49,138 nucleotides of DNA from Pseudomonadota bacterium (GTDB lineage Bacteria; Planctomycetota; UBA8108; UBA1146), in NCBI GenBank assembly GCA_017859655.1, contig JAFMMO010000001.1:1-49138 (forward strand). The letters are read 5' to 3'. Both the position numbers and the translations under genes were made by a program. The first letter of the stretch is position 1. Every line of letters begins with the position of its first letter. The notes beneath the pieces are model-generated. The model ran no database searches, was not told the origin of the DNA, and worked only from the letters and a program-made list of their open reading frames with translations. Below, one piece after another: positions 45,563 through 49,138 of the stretch.

Positions 45563-47386
45563 ATGTGCGGCATCTTCGGGATCTCCGGAACGCGGGATGT
45601 GGCCCCGCTCCTCATCGAGGGGCTCGCCCGCCTCGAGTACCGCGGCTACGACTCCTGCGGCATGGCGGTGATCGACGACGAGGGTCGGCTCGCGCTTCGC
45701 AAGGGCGCGGGCGAGGTGCGGGTGGTCGCGCGGGAGGAGCGGTTCGAGGAGCTGTCCGGCCTCTCCGGCCTGGGACACACCCGGTGGGCGACCCACGGGC
45801 GGGTCTCCCGGGTGAACGCCCACCCCCACACCGACAGCTACGGCGAGGTCGCGATCGTCCACAACGGGATCCTCGAGAACCACGACGAGCTGCGGAGGAG
45901 CCTCGGGGAGAAGGGACACGCGTTCGTCTCGGAGACCGACTCGGAGGTGATCGCCCACCTCATCGAGGAGGAGCTGCGCGGCGCCGACGACCTCGTCGCC
46001 GCCGTCCGCGGGGCGGGGCGGGCGCTGCGGGGCACCTACGGGATCGGGGTCATCTCCGCCCGGCATCCCGGGGTCCTCATCGCCCTGCGCCGGGAGAGCC
46101 CCCTGCTCGTCGGACTCGGGGATGACTTCACCTGCTTCGCCTCCGATCCCCTCGCGTTCGCCCCCCTCACCGACCGGGTCCTCTACCTGGAGGATGGAGA
46201 GCTCGCCGTCGTCGAGCCCGGGGGCGCGAAGCTGCTCTCCATCGAGAGCGGGGAGCCGATCGAGCGGGAGCGCGTCGTCCTGAACCTCGCCGAGCGCACC
46301 GCGAGCCACGATGGCTTCCCCGACTACATGTCGAAGGAGATCCATGAGAACGCCGCGGTCGCGCGGACCGCGCTCTCTCTGGATGAGGAGGAGATCCTCG
46401 GGCTCGTCGTCGAGCTCGAGCGGGCGCCGCGCTCGATCCTCACCGGGATCGGCACGAGCCACTACGTGGCGGTGATGGCCCAGTACGTCCTCTCCGAGCT
46501 CGGGGGGCGCTTCTTCCCCGCCGTCAGCTCGGATGAGCTCCCCTACCTCGCCCGCTTCGATGCGGACACCCACATCCTCGCGATCAGTCAGTCCGGGGAG
46601 ACCTACGACACCCTTAAGGCCCTCCGACGGGCGAAGCGGGCGGGAGCTCGGACCACCGCCATCCTGAACGTCCCCAGCTCATCGATGGCCCGCGAGACGG
46701 ACCACTCCGTCGACCAGCGGGCGGGAGCCGAGATCTGCGTCCTGTCGACGAAGTCGACGATGTCCCAGCTGGTGATCCTCCACCGCGTGGCGATCACCCT
46801 CGGGGAGAGATCGGGGCACCTCGATCGGGCGAGCGCCGACGCCGCCCGGGAGGAGCTGGAGGGACTCCCCTCCCTCCTCGACGAGCTCTGGTCCCGCTCC
46901 CACGCCCCGCTGCGCGACCTCGCCCTGCGCCTGAGCGTGATCCGGAACTGGTTCTTCCTCGGGCGCGGGGTCCACCACGGCCTCGCCCTCGAGGCGGCGC
47001 TGAAGTTCAAGGAGGTCACCTACTGCCACGCGGAGGGGATGCCGGCCGGAGCCCTGAAGCACGGGACGATCAGTCTGATCGACGAGGCGATGCACACCGC
47101 GATCTTCCTCCCCGGTCCGGAGGACCCGGAGCTCCGCCAGCAGGGAATCGGGGCGGTCACCGAGATCAACGCGAGGGGGGGCCGGGTGATCGCCTTCCAG
47201 CCTGAGGGGTGCGAGGATCCGATCGGTCTGTTCGAGTCCGTGATCGAGACGCCTCGGGCCGGGCGGATCGCCTCTCCCCTCCTCGGGCTGATGCAGGCGC
47301 AGCTCTTCGCCTACTACACCGCGCGCGCCCTCGGGAGGAACGTGGACAAGCCCCGCTCCCTGGCGAAGTCGGTCACGGTCGGCTGA
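45563..47386 (+). CDS. glmS: Glutamine--fructose-6-phosphate aminotransferase (isomerizing)
   Basis: N-terminal MCGIFG, LEYRGYDS, GHTRWATHG, NAHPH, HNG, SQSGET, EAALKFKE, LKHG, KPRSLAKSVT. Confidence 0.95.
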   Translation: MCGIFGISGTRDVAPLLIEGLARLEYRGYDSCGMAVIDDEGRLALRKGAGEVRVVAREERFEELSGLSGLGHTRWATHGRVSRVNAHPHTDSYGEVAIVHNGILENHDELRRSLGEKGHAFVSETDSEVIAHLIEEELRGADDLVAAVRGAGRALRGTYGIGVISARHPGVLIALRRESPLLVGLGDDFTCFASDPLAFAPLTDRVLYLEDGELAVVEPGGAKLLSIESGEPIERERVVLNLAERTASHDGFPDYMSKEIHENAAVARTALSLDEEEILGLVVELERAPRSILTGIGTSHYVAVMAQYVLSELGGRFFPAVSSDELPYLARFDADTHILAISQSGETYDTLKALRRAKRAGARTTAILNVPSSSMARETDHSVDQRAGAEICVLSTKSTMSQLVILHRVAITLGERSGHLDRASADAAREELEGLPSLLDELWSRSHAPLRDLALRLSVIRNWFFLGRGVHHGLALEAALKFKEVTYCHAEGMPAGALKHGTISLIDEAMHTAIFLPGPEDPELRQQGIGAVTEINARGGRVIAFQPEGCEDPIGLFESVIETPRAGRIASPLLGLMQAQLFAYYTARALGRNVDKPRSLAKSVTVG

Positions 47387-47419
47387 CCACGGACGGCGAG
47401 GCTCCCCGGTGGCTCCCCT

Positions 47420-47683
47420 TCACCCCCCCCTCCTACCGGCGCGCCAGAGCCGGTTTGCGAGGAGGATGGTGGGGAGCGCCACGAGCGCAATGAGGGTGCG
47501 GTCGAGGCGCAGGACTCTGGCCGGGTCTCCATCGAGGCTCTCCTCCGGGCCGCTCGCCCGCAGCTCGAACCAGAGCAGCACCGACCAGAGCAGCAGACGG
47601 TGGACGATCACGGCCCCGAGGAACAGGGCGAGGATCCCCCCCATCCGCCGCATCGGTCCCGGAGGCGGAGCCTCATCCGCCAC
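47420..47683 (-). CDS. Small two-TM membrane protein of unknown function
   Basis: Two hydrophobic stretches; starts 4 nt after the nucleotidase stop on the same strand. Confidence 0.55.
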   Translation of the reverse strand: MADEAPPPGPMRRMGGILALFLGAVIVHRLLLWSVLLWFELRASGPEESLDGDPARVLRLDRTLIALVALPTILLANRLWRAGRRGG

Positions 47684-47686
47684 GGC

Positions 47687-49138
47687 CTAGACCGACTCGA
47701 GCTCGTGCGGGAGGTAGTCCATCGCGGAGCGGAAGTAGTGGTTCGGGGGATAGAAGCTCAGGTTCGTCGCCCGGCTCGTGTAGGTGCAGGCGAAGTCCTC
47801 GAGCTGCCGGCCGAAGTAGGTGAGCTCGTTCCCCGCCCGGAACAGCGAGCCCCAGTGCGGGTTGGTCGCGAGGCTCAGACGGGAGCGGAGCCGCTCCCGC
47901 TGCCGGATGAACTGGTTCAGCGTCTTCATTGCCTGCTTCCGCGAGGCAAGGCACTCGTCCTTGAGGCGCGTGAGGAGCTCCGCGTGCTCCTCGTCGAGCG
48001 GGAGCCGGTCGAGGCTCGACTCGATCGACTTCCAGTGCATCACCTCACGCTCGGTGATCGTGCGTCGCTCGTCGGTCTCCTTCAGCTGCTGCACCATCCC
48101 GGGGAGGGCGGACTGCACGGTCAGCTCCTCCTCGAGCTCGGGCACGATGAGCATCGTGCGCCAGTAGGTGTTCCGCTTCGAGGAGATCAGGTCGGCGTAG
48201 ATGTGGTCTCCGACGTAGAGGACGTTCGGTCCCCGGACGCCGAGGCGCTCCTCCAGCTCCAGGATGTTCCCCTCGTGCATCACGTGGGGGGCGATGCCCT
48301 GGGTGGACGGGGGTGCGGGGTTCGAGCGCTTGAAGTACCCCGGCTTGCGGGCGAGCACGATCACCTGATCGAACAGCTCCAGCCAGGAGGTCTCCTCCGG
48401 TCCGCCGAGCCGCCCGAGGGTCGGGTTCATCATGGCGCAGGTGTAGGACCACTCAGAGTTCGTCAGCAGGAAGACCTTCTTCCCGTTGGCGCGCAGCCAG
48501 CGGAGGAGGTGCTCGGTGTGGGGATCCACATGGAGATAGTCGAGGGGGCTCGCGGTGATCACCGACTTGAGCGATCCATCCCGGTGCACCATGTCGGTGT
48601 GCTTGCGGATCACCTTCCAGAGCTTCTCGTAGCCGCCCGCCTCGATCTTCGGCGCGAGCCCGCTGTAGATGCAGGTCTCGGGCATCGCGAAGGCGCTGTC
48701 CATCTGGAGGAAGCGCATGCCCTCGGTGACATGGGGGATCACATCCGCATCGCCGTAGGTCTCGCGCTTCTGGCGCGCGGTGAGCTTCGTCGGACCGTGG
48801 TACGCGTGCAGGACGTGCCCGTAGCGGTCGGTCTTGAGGACATTGCCGAGCTTGATGTCGACGATCAGCCCCTTGCGGGCGAAGGAGAGGTCCGGGAGGT
48901 CCTCGAACCACTCCCTCGGGAAGCTCTCATGCTCGATCAGTCGATCGATGACGAGGCGCATCGCGAGGCCATCGAGCATCTCGGTGTTGTAGACCGCGAG
49001 GGTGTGGTCGAAGTCGAACCCGACCGCCTTGACCTTGTCGAAGCGCAGCGTGCGGTTCGTGAAGATGGCGTGCTGGTTGTCGACGACCGGACTGCGGATC
49101 GAGGTGGAGACGAGGTCGTACCACCACGGGCGCCCCTG
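47687..49138 (-). CDS. HAD-IG (cN-II/NT5C2-like) 5'-nucleotidase, 5' end runs off the window
   Basis: Frame open to the window edge; IFTNRTL..AVGFDFDHTLAVY, FLLTNS, ARKP, YVGDHIYAD, WRTMLIVPEL, WGSLFR, YTSR. Confidence 0.92.
   Translation of the reverse strand, partial: QGRPWWYDLVSTSIRSPVVDNQHAIFTNRTLRFDKVKAVGFDFDHTLAVYNTEMLDGLAMRLVIDRLIEHESFPREWFEDLPDLSFARKGLIVDIKLGNVLKTDRYGHVLHAYHGPTKLTARQKRETYGDADVIPHVTEGMRFLQMDSAFAMPETCIYSGLAPKIEAGGYEKLWKVIRKHTDMVHRDGSLKSVITASPLDYLHVDPHTEHLLRWLRANGKKVFLLTNSEWSYTCAMMNPTLGRLGGPEETSWLELFDQVIVLARKPGYFKRSNPAPPSTQGIAPHVMHEGNILELEERLGVRGPNVLYVGDHIYADLISSKRNTYWRTMLIVPELEEELTVQSALPGMVQQLKETDERRTITEREVMHWKSIESSLDRLPLDEEHAELLTRLKDECLASRKQAMKTLNQFIRQRERLRSRLSLATNPHWGSLFRAGNELTYFGRQLEDFACTYTSRATNLSFYPPNHYFRSAMDYLPHELESV

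Overview
Very GC-rich, gene-dense bacterial chromosome segment with about 36 CDS. I found no rRNA, tRNA, CRISPR array or recognisable mobile element. Several proteins end in dockerin-like 'FxRGDxxxDG...CxDAxDxNDxG' modules, which suggests an uncultured Planctomycetota lineage (inference). Housekeeping genes: M3 peptidase, two cyclophilins, YqgE/AlgH, an MrfAB/YprAB-like helicase-exonuclease pair, ltaE, PhoD, hemY, polX, a RimK-family ligase, thiI, queE/queD, glmS and a cN-II nucleotidase. The standout is at 21989-25113. An in-frame TGA (22220-22222) in a C-G-[TGA] motif is followed by a SECIS-like hairpin and aligns with C-G-C in the adjacent tandem paralog. This points to a probable selenocysteine-containing 5'-nucleotidase(UshA/SoxB)-fold plus tetraheme cytochrome c protein next to its Cys-containing twin. 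The pair lies just downstream of an ECF sigma factor and an anti-sigma factor that carries a dockerin-like domain. The window also encodes a putative cohesin/dockerin-type surface protease system (two S8 subtilases and a propeller-like protein) and three long AAGGAGG...CCTCCTT hairpins between convergent genes. All family assignments come from motif recognition by eye; no database searches were run.
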